Positions 27,756-39,048 of a DNA stretch of 64,000 bases are shown one piece after another. Each line of letters starts with the position of its first letter. Within the stretch, counting starts at the first letter, position 1. Below the pieces are notes generated by a model that ran no database searches, was not told where the DNA came from, and saw only the letters and a list, made by a program, of their open reading frames with translations. The DNA comes from Yuukianura sp. NJ FZ-2021 (lineage: Eukaryota), in the NCBI GenBank assembly GCA_046563655.1, contig CM102286.1, forward strand, positions 3,720,001 to 3,784,000. Reading direction: 5' to 3'. A program made the position numbers and the translations under genes.

Positions 27756-27839
27756 CGCTGCAGCGTTAGTCACTTCAAGGAGTTCCTATTTTCAACATAA
27801 GCTTTCCATTTTCCTAGTTTAATTGGTTTGTAAATTAAC

Positions 27840-28949
27840 ATGCTAAGACACGTTTTCCTTGTCATTGGTTGGACAATTGTCGTAGCAGGTGAGTTGAGCA
27901 CTTGTATAAAAAATATTAGTTTCTAAAACACTTTCGAAATTTCGAAATATACTAAGCAATTATACTTCTTTAGCTAAGACGCCTCATATTCATATGAACT
28001 CGACCTGTCGTAAGTAAATCATGAGGTTTAAAAATTTAGATTTTCAAAATTGATGCATGAAAAATGTCATGACGTAGGTTGTGGAATTGTGAATAATGGA
28101 TTACGTTCATACGAGTACGAAACTGCGTCTGCGCTATATTTTCCCTGGATGGTTTCTATCGCAGATCGAAGTGGAAAATCCTTCTGCGGTGGAGTTCTCA
28201 TCAACAAGCAAGAAGTGCTGACCTCTGCACGTTGCGTCCATAACACGTCTCAATCTGCAATTCGACTTATCATGGGAGTCCATGACCTTGGCCTGGCCAA
28301 AGTCAGTGACAGACACAAAGTGTCAAAGATCATTTCACATGCTGAGTTTGCAGAGAACAATGATGGTGGCTATGCATCCTATGTGAATGACATTGCTCTA
28401 CTTGTCCTTCACAAGGCAGTATCTCCAGCTCCAAATATCTCGCCAATTTGTTTGTTGAAACCAACAGCGGAAGATTTGGATGATGAAGCTACTGTTTTGG
28501 GGTGGGGTGAAACATCTACTGATGGAAAAGTTCACGAACAAGCTCTTCAGATGCTTACACTTCCGCTAGAAGAATTGGATGTTTGTGAAAAAGCATGGAA
28601 AAAGAAGTTTCAAAAATCGGAAACCTTGTGCATGGGAAACAAAGGTCACAACATTTGTGTAGGAGACTACGGTGGTACGGAAATTTTTTGAAACAAATTG
28701 ATCATTTCCTAGTAATTTTAAGCATAAATTCAAAAAAAAAACTGAAGAATTGAAATTTTTCTGAAATTCAAACATTAAAACGCAGGTCCTCTTCAAACCG
28801 ATCATATTTTGAAAGCAGTTAAGTTGATTGGAATTGCGTCGACTTCTGGTCCTGCATGTGGAGATGACCTGCAAGGACTCTACACCAATTTCGAACATTT
28901 CCGAAGTTGGGTCAAAACCAATAGCAAATTGTATTCAAAATGCTACTAA
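27840..28949 (+). CDS. Secreted trypsin-fold serine protease homolog, catalytically inactive
   Basis: Signal MLRHVFLVIGWTIVVA. FPWMVSI, FCGGVLI, LTSARC (His to Arg), NDIALL, CVGDYG|GPL (Ser to Tyr); TAA 28949. Confidence 0.88.
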
Positions 28950-29647
28950 AATTGTCTAGAAAAATATTACTATATACAGTCTATAAACAAATCATTTTGT
29001 TTTAATTTTGTTTTTGTTTTTTTTACTCCAAAAATCATACACTTTGCAAAATTACAAAGTTGTGTATGTAGTAAGTAGCGAAGTCATTTACGTCATTAGC
29101 TATCAATGTTGTACCTGTTGGGTATTTATTTTCAATTTACTTCCATATGTTTTTTATAAGTGCTTTTTATCAAAAATTATGCAGAAGATGACTTTCAATT
29201 TACACAGATCGAACAATAAAAAGCGTCAGTCCAAAAAAGCAGATAAATTAGGCCTTTCATTTGCAGGATCTGACGTCGTTGGACTTAGGACTTTGGACTT
29301 TGTACCCCAAGGTTCAGAGAGTTCCCGTAACAACAAAGCTTTTGTATGGCCTTCTACACAGCAATGGTAAAAATGCATTGGGTATAACGTGGAGCAAGTA
29401 CAAATTGAATGCACGGCAACAACCCCGCTTCTGAAGGTCTTTTGACGTAGTAATCTCACGTAAAGTTAATTTTAAGTGGATTTTTTTTAGTATTGTCATT
29501 AGTTTTAGTATAGACTTTGGTGAGGATGGAAGTCTATCATAACCTCTGACAGCAGCTATCAAGTTACACTAACCAGTTTCCACTGATTTCGAAACAACTT
29601 AAATATAAAACACGTAAAATTAGATCTCTCCAGAAACTCCAGACAAA

Positions 29648-30174
29648 ATGCCGCTCAATGTGCAGCATTGTGCAAAAATTTTTGGCACAATAACTGCTGG
29701 GGGAGCTGGAACCACGCTGGCAATTAGCAAGGCGGAGAAGTAAGTTGCAAATTTTATCCCATTTTTATTTTCTTTCTCAGTTCTACTTCTAAAATTTTAA
29801 GATTCTTGGTTAGAATTTTAAGTTCTCGGAGGAAATGAAAAATAAAATTTCGAATTTATTTTTAGAAACGGAAAGAGACCGGAATCCATTTCAAAATCTC
29901 ATCAAGAAGAGAGAGATACTTGGTAAAACATCTTGTTTGCTTTACATATTACACTAAAAACTGTTTCCTGATTTAAAAAACCAGTTTCCAGAAATCAGTT
30001 CAAAATTTAGAATTCAAAATTTAAAACTTAGAATTCAAAATTTAAAATTTGGAATTCAAATTTTTCAATAGGATGCAGATGAGCTGTGACGGATCTTTCT
30101 GGCCACGATCTCGAAGTACAAGTGAGTGTATTGGCGTCATTGGGCGAACAAGCAATTCCACGTTGCGAAAATAA
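29648..30174 (+). CDS. Possible small 3-exon gene of unknown function (~83 aa)
   Basis: MPLNVQHCAKIFGTITAGGAGTTLAISKAE|KNGKRPESISKSHQEERDT|WMQMSCDGSFWPRSRSTSECIGVIGRTSNSTLRK*, joined by two GT-AG introns with matching phases. No recognised domain. Confidence 0.35.
29999..30065. repeat. Short ~21-bp tandem repeat (aaaatttagaattcaaaattt-like, about 3 copies) in a predicted intron
   Basis: Repeated gaattcaaaattt blocks. Confidence 0.6.
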
Positions 30175-30653
30175 CTTTTGCAAAATTGCAAAATTAAGTC
30201 CAGCACTTAAGAAGATCCAGGAAGAAGTTAAAATGGGAATACTTTCCAGAAAAACCAGTTTGACCTAACCATGTCAATCTCCTCTGCAGGACGTACTGTG
30301 TAAACTATAATTTTGTTATTACAGAATGTAGTTCTAAACTACTTTTAAGGATCAACGTACTACGACGTCTGTATTTATTTAGAGCAAAACAACGCAGTAA
30401 ATGCGGATTAATGACCTCTTTTAGAACTGACTTTTTAGATGTCACCAGTTTTATGATACAAAGGAAACTATACAACAGTTCCTCATTTTTGTATTCTCGG
30501 AACAAATTAAACTTTTGATTACAAACTTTTACATTTGGTAAAATAATTTAGAATTTGTGACTTGATCTCTTACGCCGAACCAGCTAAATTAGGTTTTTAG
30601 TTCTCACCAACGTGTTTACAATTGTATCAGCTACTGGAATAGTTGGTTCCGGA

Positions 30654-31599
30654 CTAGCCCTCTACGCAAGCCTAAATTGGATAAGAAAAAATTAAATAAG
30701 TTAGGATAAGTAAAATTAATTATAAAAAAAATATATAGTTAAGTTACTATTCCAATATTTGCCGATTTTGAACAAATTAATAAAAATCTTACGTCAAGGA
30801 AAACATCGTGGACGCATAACCCAACAGTATTGAATTCAATGCAGTTCGGATCATTTGGTTGACGTACTTTGGTTCCTGGAACAAAATTTCAAATTCAAAA
30901 TTTTAAAAAATTGAAAGGAATGAGTTTAAAGCATTCCAGAAGCCAGAAACTGAAGTTGCTTGAAGAAAGGATGCTGAGTAAATGTGTTAATATATGTAAT
31001 AAAATTTTAAAAAATTCGTTAAAAATAAACACCATGGTCCTTGATGCATTTTTCAACTCCCTCGACAATAGGTTTCTTGACTTTGTCTGGTTTCATCACA
31101 TCCATGATGTACTTCAAGATGGAGTCGTGGTCGAGACCTTGTGGTTTAAAAAAATTTAAAGTAGAAAGAATTAAGGTCAAGATAGGATGAAATTTTGATC
31201 AAGGAAATGAGCAAAAACCTCCTTGGGAATTGAGCAGTTTCTTTTTCTCCAAGATACAGATACCAAAGCAGGAAATTTTCTCCATAGGGATTTTCCAAAT
31301 AGAAACGATCTTGGATTCAGCTAAGCAATCTGTAATGACCCTAAGCTGAGTTTCGGTCATGTTGAGGTCTTGCCCAAGACATTGGATTTCTTCCTGACCA
31401 TTGGTGACCTAAAAATATAAATTTTGCACAATGATTATAAATTATAAATAGCAAAAATTATTACGCAAGCATTTGTCTCTTATGTAGCACATACTGCCAA
31501 ACGTTTAATTTAGGAGACACTCTCTGAATGTAAACTTACATTGCAAATCAACGCAAGGAGGAAGAGGGTTAGAAAATGAAAACCGCTAACAGTAATCAT
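30654..31599 (-). CDS. Odorant-binding protein (PBP/GOBP family), 5 exons
   Basis: Signal MITVSGFHFLTLFLLALICN. Six-Cys OBP pattern: TDC, SCFGIC (C-x3-C), EKC, NCIEFNTVGLC (C-x8-C), plus an extra N-terminal (IQC) and C-terminal (ACVEG*) Cys. TATA-like motif at 31714-31705. Confidence 0.8.
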
Positions 31600-32865
31600 T
31601 TTGAGATTTTAGTACCAAATTTTTTGAATGTTTCAAATTTACTTTTCGAGATTTTGGACAGTTTTGAATTTTGAATTTATCTTGTCCGCTGATTCTAAGT
31701 TTTCTTTTTATATACTTTTGACCATACTTTGCGCTTCCTTTGGCTAATGAGATGACCGAATTTTGTGTTGCATATGGCTATTGTGTTGTTTTGTTTTAGT
31801 CCATGTGCGTGAGGAGATGATTAACATTTGGAAAAAGAAAGTTGAAAGTACTTCCGCTATGACTTCCATACTGGAACGGAAGTGGAGACCATTGACAGTA
31901 TCACGGGGTCACAGAGATGCTGAAATCGGCTGCATCATTGGAATAGGTCATAGAACCTTTTAAATGTTTGGAAAATTTTTAGGGTAAACAAAATTAGTCA
32001 TAACCAGGTTGGGAAGTTTTCTCTCATTAACTATTGTTTTAGTTCTAGTTAGAAAAATCTGCAAATACAATGGAATGTTTTGTTTTTTACCAAATGCCAC
32101 ATTATCATATTTCTACATTTTGAAGTATTTTTAGCATTTCTTCTGTAATTGTCCAAAAAAAGATTTTTTTTTGTTATGAAAGTCAGCTACAAAACTTTTC
32201 TACTTATTAGAAAAAGAAATTGTTTGATTGAGTGAAAACGCTTGAATACTTCGATGGCCTTTTCAAGTTTTCCTGTTATGTTTATGTATTTGACATCCAA
32301 AACTAAATACTTTTTAGACAAAAATTTATTTTTGCAAAAGTGTTCCATTTTCCTTTACCTGAAATTGTTTCATTTTTTTTTCGCAAAATGCGAAAACTGA
32401 ACTAACCGTAATATGTATTCGTGTTTCGAAAAACAGCGGTAAATATCATACATTATAGTAATTGCTAAAACAAGCTAGCACAAGAGGGTGCTGATGACGC
32501 TCATAGATGAATGAGTACGGAGAGAAAGCAAATTGCAGTAGCTATGTAATTTAGTGGCAGCACACGGCGCGGAAGATGAGCATTCAATTGACATCTCTAA
32601 CCTTGGAATATTCCGAAAAAAAAATAATCTCTACCTCTACGTCCACTCCCATTGTATCTCCTTACTTCAACCACTTCAACCCACATTTTTACAGCTCCGT
32701 TCCATTAACTTGGTTTTGAATCATTGTGCAACTGGTAAGAATAAAATGTAACACTTTTCAGTCACGATTTCGTTTAATGTATCGTTTAATTAACAAAGTA
32801 GCTGTTTTTCTGATGTTTTTTTTTTATACAGACTTGTATCGCACCTACCGGTGGAAGGATTAAAC

Positions 32866-35094
32866 ATGACATCCATTGCTAGAAGTGTAGTTCGATCTCC
32901 ATTTATTACACGATGGGCTACTGGAGGACTACTGGTATCTGCTGGTCGACACCGGGTTCCGAACCTCGTGAGGACATTTGCAGAGCAGGCAGCCCAATCA
33001 GCTGGTCCGAAGGCCAATCCGAATGCCGGCGGTGGAGGCGCTGGTAAACTACTGTCAGCACTAATCGGAGCCGCTGCTGGTGCCGGAGGATGCTTGCTTT
33101 ATCAGAACTGGCAGAAAGGTATTCAACAACACTTAATTCATGTATGATTGAGTAGAATTAGAGTCATTTTACTTCCGAGTATGATGGCTCCTCGCCATTG
33201 CCTCGTCCACAGCAATGTTTTTTTTAGTCTCATGTCGGCAGATTCCACGTCGATCAAGCATACTTTACTGATGTTTGCTTTTAATTCACACCTAACTAAA
33301 TAACGGCTATTCAACGTTCATGCATAAATAATAATAATAGGAAAGGAAACCCGTAACCAAGTAGAATTAGTCAATTGTTCTACGGGTTTGATTACAATTA
33401 AAGCTGCTTACGTCCTTGTTTGCGTAATTCCTGAGCGTTCAGCTTTCAAAGTCAAAATTAAGCGCTGTCAACTATTCCATTTCAGTTGACTAATTGCAAT
33501 TCCCTTTCAATAAGTCTATTTAACAGGGCTGTGCTTATACTTAGGTTAATCGCATTTCCCACTAGTAAGGTTGTCAAAAAATCTGCGCTTAAAAAACAAA
33601 AAAAAGTGTGCCAAGTTTTTGTTTTCTTACTGAAGTAAAAGAAAAACAAAAGCCCAACGGTTAAATAAATTATTAAAATAAAATTAGTAACTTATAATGA
33701 CTGGATCAGTCATCTAAGCCAATTCGCAGCAATTGAGCGGAACCGATTCGTTTGAGGTGAAAAGTGCCGACGGGAGATAATAATCAAAATTGCTGTGTAA
33801 GCGGAGATGGGAAAGGAGCAATCATACTTCCTTGTATACGTTTTGTTGATTTTAGACGCAGCATGTTCCTCTTCCTGTTCAGAAGCCAAGTATCAAAAGG
33901 TTGATACTGATTTTTTGCTTGACATCTCCTCTGCTGGAGTCACTTTACTTGCAAATTATGGTTTTTCAGGTTTATGATGACATTGCGCGGATTTTGGATG
34001 AGGATAGCGATTATGACTATGGAAGTTATGGACCCGTGTTTGTTCGACTTGCTTGGCATGCCGCTGGAACTTATGATAAGGCAAGCGGAACTGGGGGATC
34101 CAACAAAGCCACAATGCGATTCGAACCAGAATCCAAACATGGCGCCAATGCTGGGCTACATGTTGCTCGTGATAAATTGGAAAAGATAAAACAGAAGCAC
34201 CCTTGGATTTCGTACGGAGATCTTTGGACTCTTGCTGGATGCGTCGCCATTCAACAAATGGTATAACTTGAAAACAAGTTTTCTTGACTTATTCTCGTAT
34301 TATAAACAAGTCGTGTATTTTGTATCAGGGTGGACCAATCATTCCATGGAAGCCTGGCCGTGTCGGTGAGTTCTTTCATGATTTCAATTTTATTGTGTAT
34401 TGTTCATTGTGTAGGAATTTAAAGCTGAAATTTTAAACGTTAGATGGAACTGCTGCTGACTGTCCTCCTGACGGAAGACTTCCTGACGGAGCCAATCCAA
34501 ACCCGCAGCATCCAAGAGACATTTTCTATCGGATGGGATTCAATGATCAAGAAATCACGGCGCTTATTGGAGCTCACACTCTTGGAAAGTGTCACGCTGA
34601 TCGATCAGGTAAAAACTAACTTTTGTTATTTATTAAAAATACTTACATCAGGATGAGCTGTTAATGATTATCATGCTACTTTTTTCTTATTTCCGTCAGG
34701 ATTTGATGGACCATGGACGAATTCTCCTACTACATTCTCAAATTCCTTTTACACTGAACTTCTTCAGAGAAACTGGGTTGAGAGAAAGTGGAAAGGTCCT
34801 AAGCAATTTGCGGACAAAGAAAGCGGGGAGCTTATGGTAATTAGTCAATTCTTTCAAAGTTATACTTTAAATACATTGTCATTGTTGCAAAATTTAAATC
34901 TTGTATCTTAGATGCTTCCTGCTGACATGGTTTTTATCAAGGACAAAGAATTCAAGAAATGGGTTGACACATATGCCAAGGACGAAGCCAAGTTCTTCGC
35001 CGACTTCACGCAGGCTTTTAAGAAGTTGATTGAGCTCGGAGTTCCATTCAAGGAAGATGCGCCCGAATTCAAGTTCAAAACGCTCTCTTCATAA
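32866..35094 (+). CDS. Mitochondrial cytochrome c peroxidase (class I heme peroxidase, CcP/APX family), 7 coding exons
   Basis: Arg-rich presequence [12 protein letters not shown] and hydrophobic [27 protein letters not shown], distal [61 protein letters not shown], proximal [38 protein letters not shown]. Confidence 0.95.
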
Positions 35095-37891
35095 TTATAC
35101 CCTCAAGACTCCAAAACCACATCCAACTGCCTTCCTTTCGTTGTTGACACTTCAGTGAGATTCCCCCATGGACTAATTCTTAATTGGATCTCACTTCCGT
35201 TCCTTTTGTTCGTCCAATATTCATTACAACATGCTCCCAACTACTACCATATACACAGAACTGTACTCTCTGTCTTTCTTGTGTCAAATGACGATTTCAC
35301 AGAGCCAATAAATATCCAGTTCAACTCAAATTGGCCTCTTTCTTTTAAATTATTCCCACATCACCCATATTATATTCTAATCAACAACTTTCTATTCTTC
35401 CAGATTGATTGAGCAAGGCAACTTTAGTTGAACGTAGAAGAGCAAGTTCCAAGTGATGTGCTGTCACGGAGTCGACATAGATAGAAGGAAGACATAAGAA
35501 TTTCAATTTTACTGAAAGTAAGTAATGAATTTTAATTGGTTCTGAAATTTGAAATGCTCTTCACATTACCATTGCCAATTTTATTTTTGCAGGTTTACTT
35601 GCTACTCTAGGTTGCTATTGAAGCTTCGTGACGTGAAAATTGAATATAGTAAGGCTAGAAATTTTCACCTGTCGGGCCGTCATGTGCATTGAGTGTGGTT
35701 AAGGTAAAGTGGAAGCAATTTTTATTTGTTTGTGTACTGATGAAGTGACTTGTGAAGGTGAAAATTTCTGTTTTCAAATGTTTCACAGATCCTAGAATTT
35801 TAGTTTGGAAGTTAATGTAACTATACAATTGGAAATTGCATATGTACCACTAATGAGTTCTCCTGGTACCTGGTAATTGGATTGTTAGAACCTTGGAACA
35901 GAACATTACGAAGAGCTCAACACGCAGAAGCACAACTAGCGTTCAGTCGGGATCTTCTAGAAGAGGGAGGACGCGCTCTCACCAAAGCCAAACTTTTGGT
36001 AAAAAGCTAAAAAGCAATAGGAAACTTCCTCATTCCGTCAAAACGTCACTTGACTTCAATTTCCAGTCTCCGGAAATTCATGGACATACTAAAGTAGGCC
36101 AACTCAAATTTTTACTCATGTGTTTGTCTTTTCATTCCATTGCGACAGTATATTGTTACTAATTTTCACTCATTCCAGAATTAACAAAACTTGACAACAG
36201 AAGACATTCGTCTGGAAAGCTTCAGTTGTCATTTTTTCAAAGGTAAGAATACAGTGAAACTTCCAACTTAATTTTCAAGTGACACCTTTCTAAATTCGTG
36301 CTTTGTTTTTTAAATGGGTAAGTAACACGAGTAATTTGGGTTTTACTGATACTTTACGACGTAAATACTATTAAGGCTATCGCTTCAACCTGTAAGGTCA
36401 CTGACATTGTGTTAAGTTCAAAAGAACTTACAAAAGCCTCCATGTAAATTAGCATCGTCAGGTGAATACTTAAACAGAAACTGTAACATTGCTCCTCGAA
36501 ATTCTATTTTTGATGAACAGTTTCACAATTTCTGAGGTTAGTGTTACAACCCCGTTTGGTAAATTACTCAATAATTTATTGTGCCAGTGATTTAATTAAT
36601 AATTGATTGCCCAGATGCCTAAATTCTATAAAATGACACTTGAAACCAAGGTTCCGTGACAACGAAAAATTAATTTTCTTTAACAGGTTGGGTACTACCT
36701 CGCTTGTTGACAAAAAAAACGAAAAGAAAAAACAAAAATTGGTACCAATTTTAGTACCAATCCAAAAATTTGGTACCCATTCGTATGCAAAATTGCAAAA
36801 ATTCGGCTGTATTGTTATGACTACGATGCCATGCAATCAAATGGCATTCTTTTTTGCGGAAAAAAACATGAGGTTTTACCCAACCTGTTAAAGAAAATCG
36901 AAGTCAACAAACCTTGCTTGAAACGAACTTCTGGAATTTTGAAATTCTAAAATTCGAGAAGTGTTTTGATCATACGAAATCTCAATTCTCGTGTCATCGC
37001 TAACTAACAAATTGTGATAGCATCAACAAAAATTAACGTGTTTTTATTTGTATAAACGTTAGGAAAACGAGTTTAGGAAATGAAACTGCCTCCACCTTAC
37101 ACACGATAGTATAATACTGTAAAATGTAAATTGTTTAACCTTGTTAAACTTGAAATTAACGCAACACCAATGTCAAACTTTCACTTTCCTGTTCACGCTT
37201 CCCATTCCATTCTCAAAAATCAAAATCGCCTCAAAGATCAGTTTCCTGTTCTGCACATTTTGGTTTCTAAGCATTTTCGAATTTTTAGTTTCAGAAACAG
37301 CGAAAGCAAAAAACGACAATTTTTATTTTGTATTTTTTATAATCGCTTCTTATATCATCAATTCAATTTGTTTTTCAAAGTTACAATCTACAACCAACCG
37401 CAATCTTAGTCATTACTCTCAGATCAGATATTGCAAGAGCCACTATTAACTCGCTTAACGCACTTGATACTTGATTATCAAATGTCTTATTCTTTAGTAT
37501 CGAATGGGTTTATAAAACTATTTGTTTGTGTATCAAAAAGGTGCGGTTGGATGACTCTTGACCGCAATATTGCGGCCAAGAGTGCCGCAAGTTATAATGT
37601 ACTTTAGCTAAACTTAAGGAGAAACTCATTTCGATTTTAGTCCACATTTAGTAAATAGTCTTAAATTTTTACTTATATTTTTAGTTAGTTTTTTGAATGA
37701 ACCTAACTCTTAGATTTCCTCTTAGATTGTTATGCTTTGTGCTTACCCCAAATTACATTGTAAGATGTAGACATAGAAGGTCAAGTTATTAGGAACGTGT
37801 TTCACTACAAGTCCGATTTTAGCCTTACTACCGTGGGGTCAATTGCTAACAAGAAAAACTTTTTCCCAGTTTGGCATCAGCTACGCTCCGC

Positions 37892-38915
37892 AAGACATCT
37901 GGCACTTTTGGAACTCTGTTGACAATTTAGAGTTTTTCTAACCAAACCTAAAGTAAATTCACTTCAAACGAATGTAATAATTAACATAACCTAATTAATT
38001 AATGTTTTAATTAACATAAACAAGTTAACTGGCCTAATTATTTTCTTTAAAATAATTTAAGTATAAAATATTATGAATTGACCTAAAATTTGAACAAATT
38101 AACCTAACATAACGCTAACCTAATAAAATATTAACGTGTAGTTACCCAATCACCAAAACAACATTTTGGAAAAAAAAATTTTTTTTTCTTACAAACTTCA
38201 TAGAATTTCACATGCTATGGGGGGAAAAAGGGTTCCGATTTTTGGACAACTTACTAAATTTCATTTTGTGTAAATATGAGGTGCCTTCGACTCTAAAACT
38301 TTGTTCATTAAAAAATTTGGAGATTTGGAGTAAAAAATTAATACTTATGAAATTACCTATCCTTATACTAATTTTTAAAACATGACTTCGTAGGGTTTAG
38401 CCCAAGCTTCAGTTAGCAGCGTTAACGGCCTCAGAAATCTGCAAAAAAGTTAAATGTTACCCCTCGAAAGAGTTACGAGTTACTCCTCCAAAAGAGTTAC
38501 GAGTTACTCCTTTCCGTTTCTGGATTAAAACGCCAGGTGTAGTTCATTAGTGCGGACCTCTGGCGGAACAGAAATTTGCGTTTTACCCATAGCATGTGAA
38601 ATTCTATGAAGTTTGTAAGAAAAAAAAATTTTTTTTTCCAAAATGTTGTTTTGGTGATTGGGTAACTACACGTTAATATTTTATTAGGTTAGCGTTATGT
38701 TAGGTTAATTTGTTCAAATTTTAGGTCAATTCATAATATTTTATACTTAAATTATTTTAAAGAAAATAATTAGGCCAGTTAACTTGTTTATGTTAATTAA
38801 AACATTAATTAATTAGGTTATGTTAATTATTACATTCGTTTGAAGTGAATTTACTTTAGGTTTGGTTAGAAAAACTCTAAATTGTCAACAGAGTTCCAAA
38901 AGTGCCAGATGTCTT
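37892..38915. repeat. Long inverted repeat: 330-bp arms (37892-38221 and 38586-38915) around a 364-bp spacer
   Basis: aagacatctggcacttttgg...catgctatggg is the reverse complement of cccatagcatg...ccaaaagtgccagatgtctt, with no mismatch seen by eye. The spacer contains aagagttacgagttactcct twice. Confidence 0.95.
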
Positions 38916-39048
38916 ACTACAAAATATTTATAGCTGCTCCCCTGCAGCTTTGTGGTACCTACATTGTTGACGTCCTATTTTTATTTATCGTCCCTCCATG
39001 TACGACACAGGATCTTCGTCCAATCTTTTGCCGGCTAACGAGCTGAGA

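Noticed and set aside
29226..29562. Short overlapping Cys-containing ORFs
   Set aside because: No consistent start, splice model or domain.
32477..32493. CTCF-like motif (gcacaagagggtgctg) upstream of the peroxidase
   Set aside because: A single partial match is not distinguishable from chance without a PWM scan or ChIP data.
32866..35094. Fungal contamination
   Set aside because: Intron style and base composition match the neighbouring arthropod genes and the sequence is contiguous with them; read-level proof is still needed.
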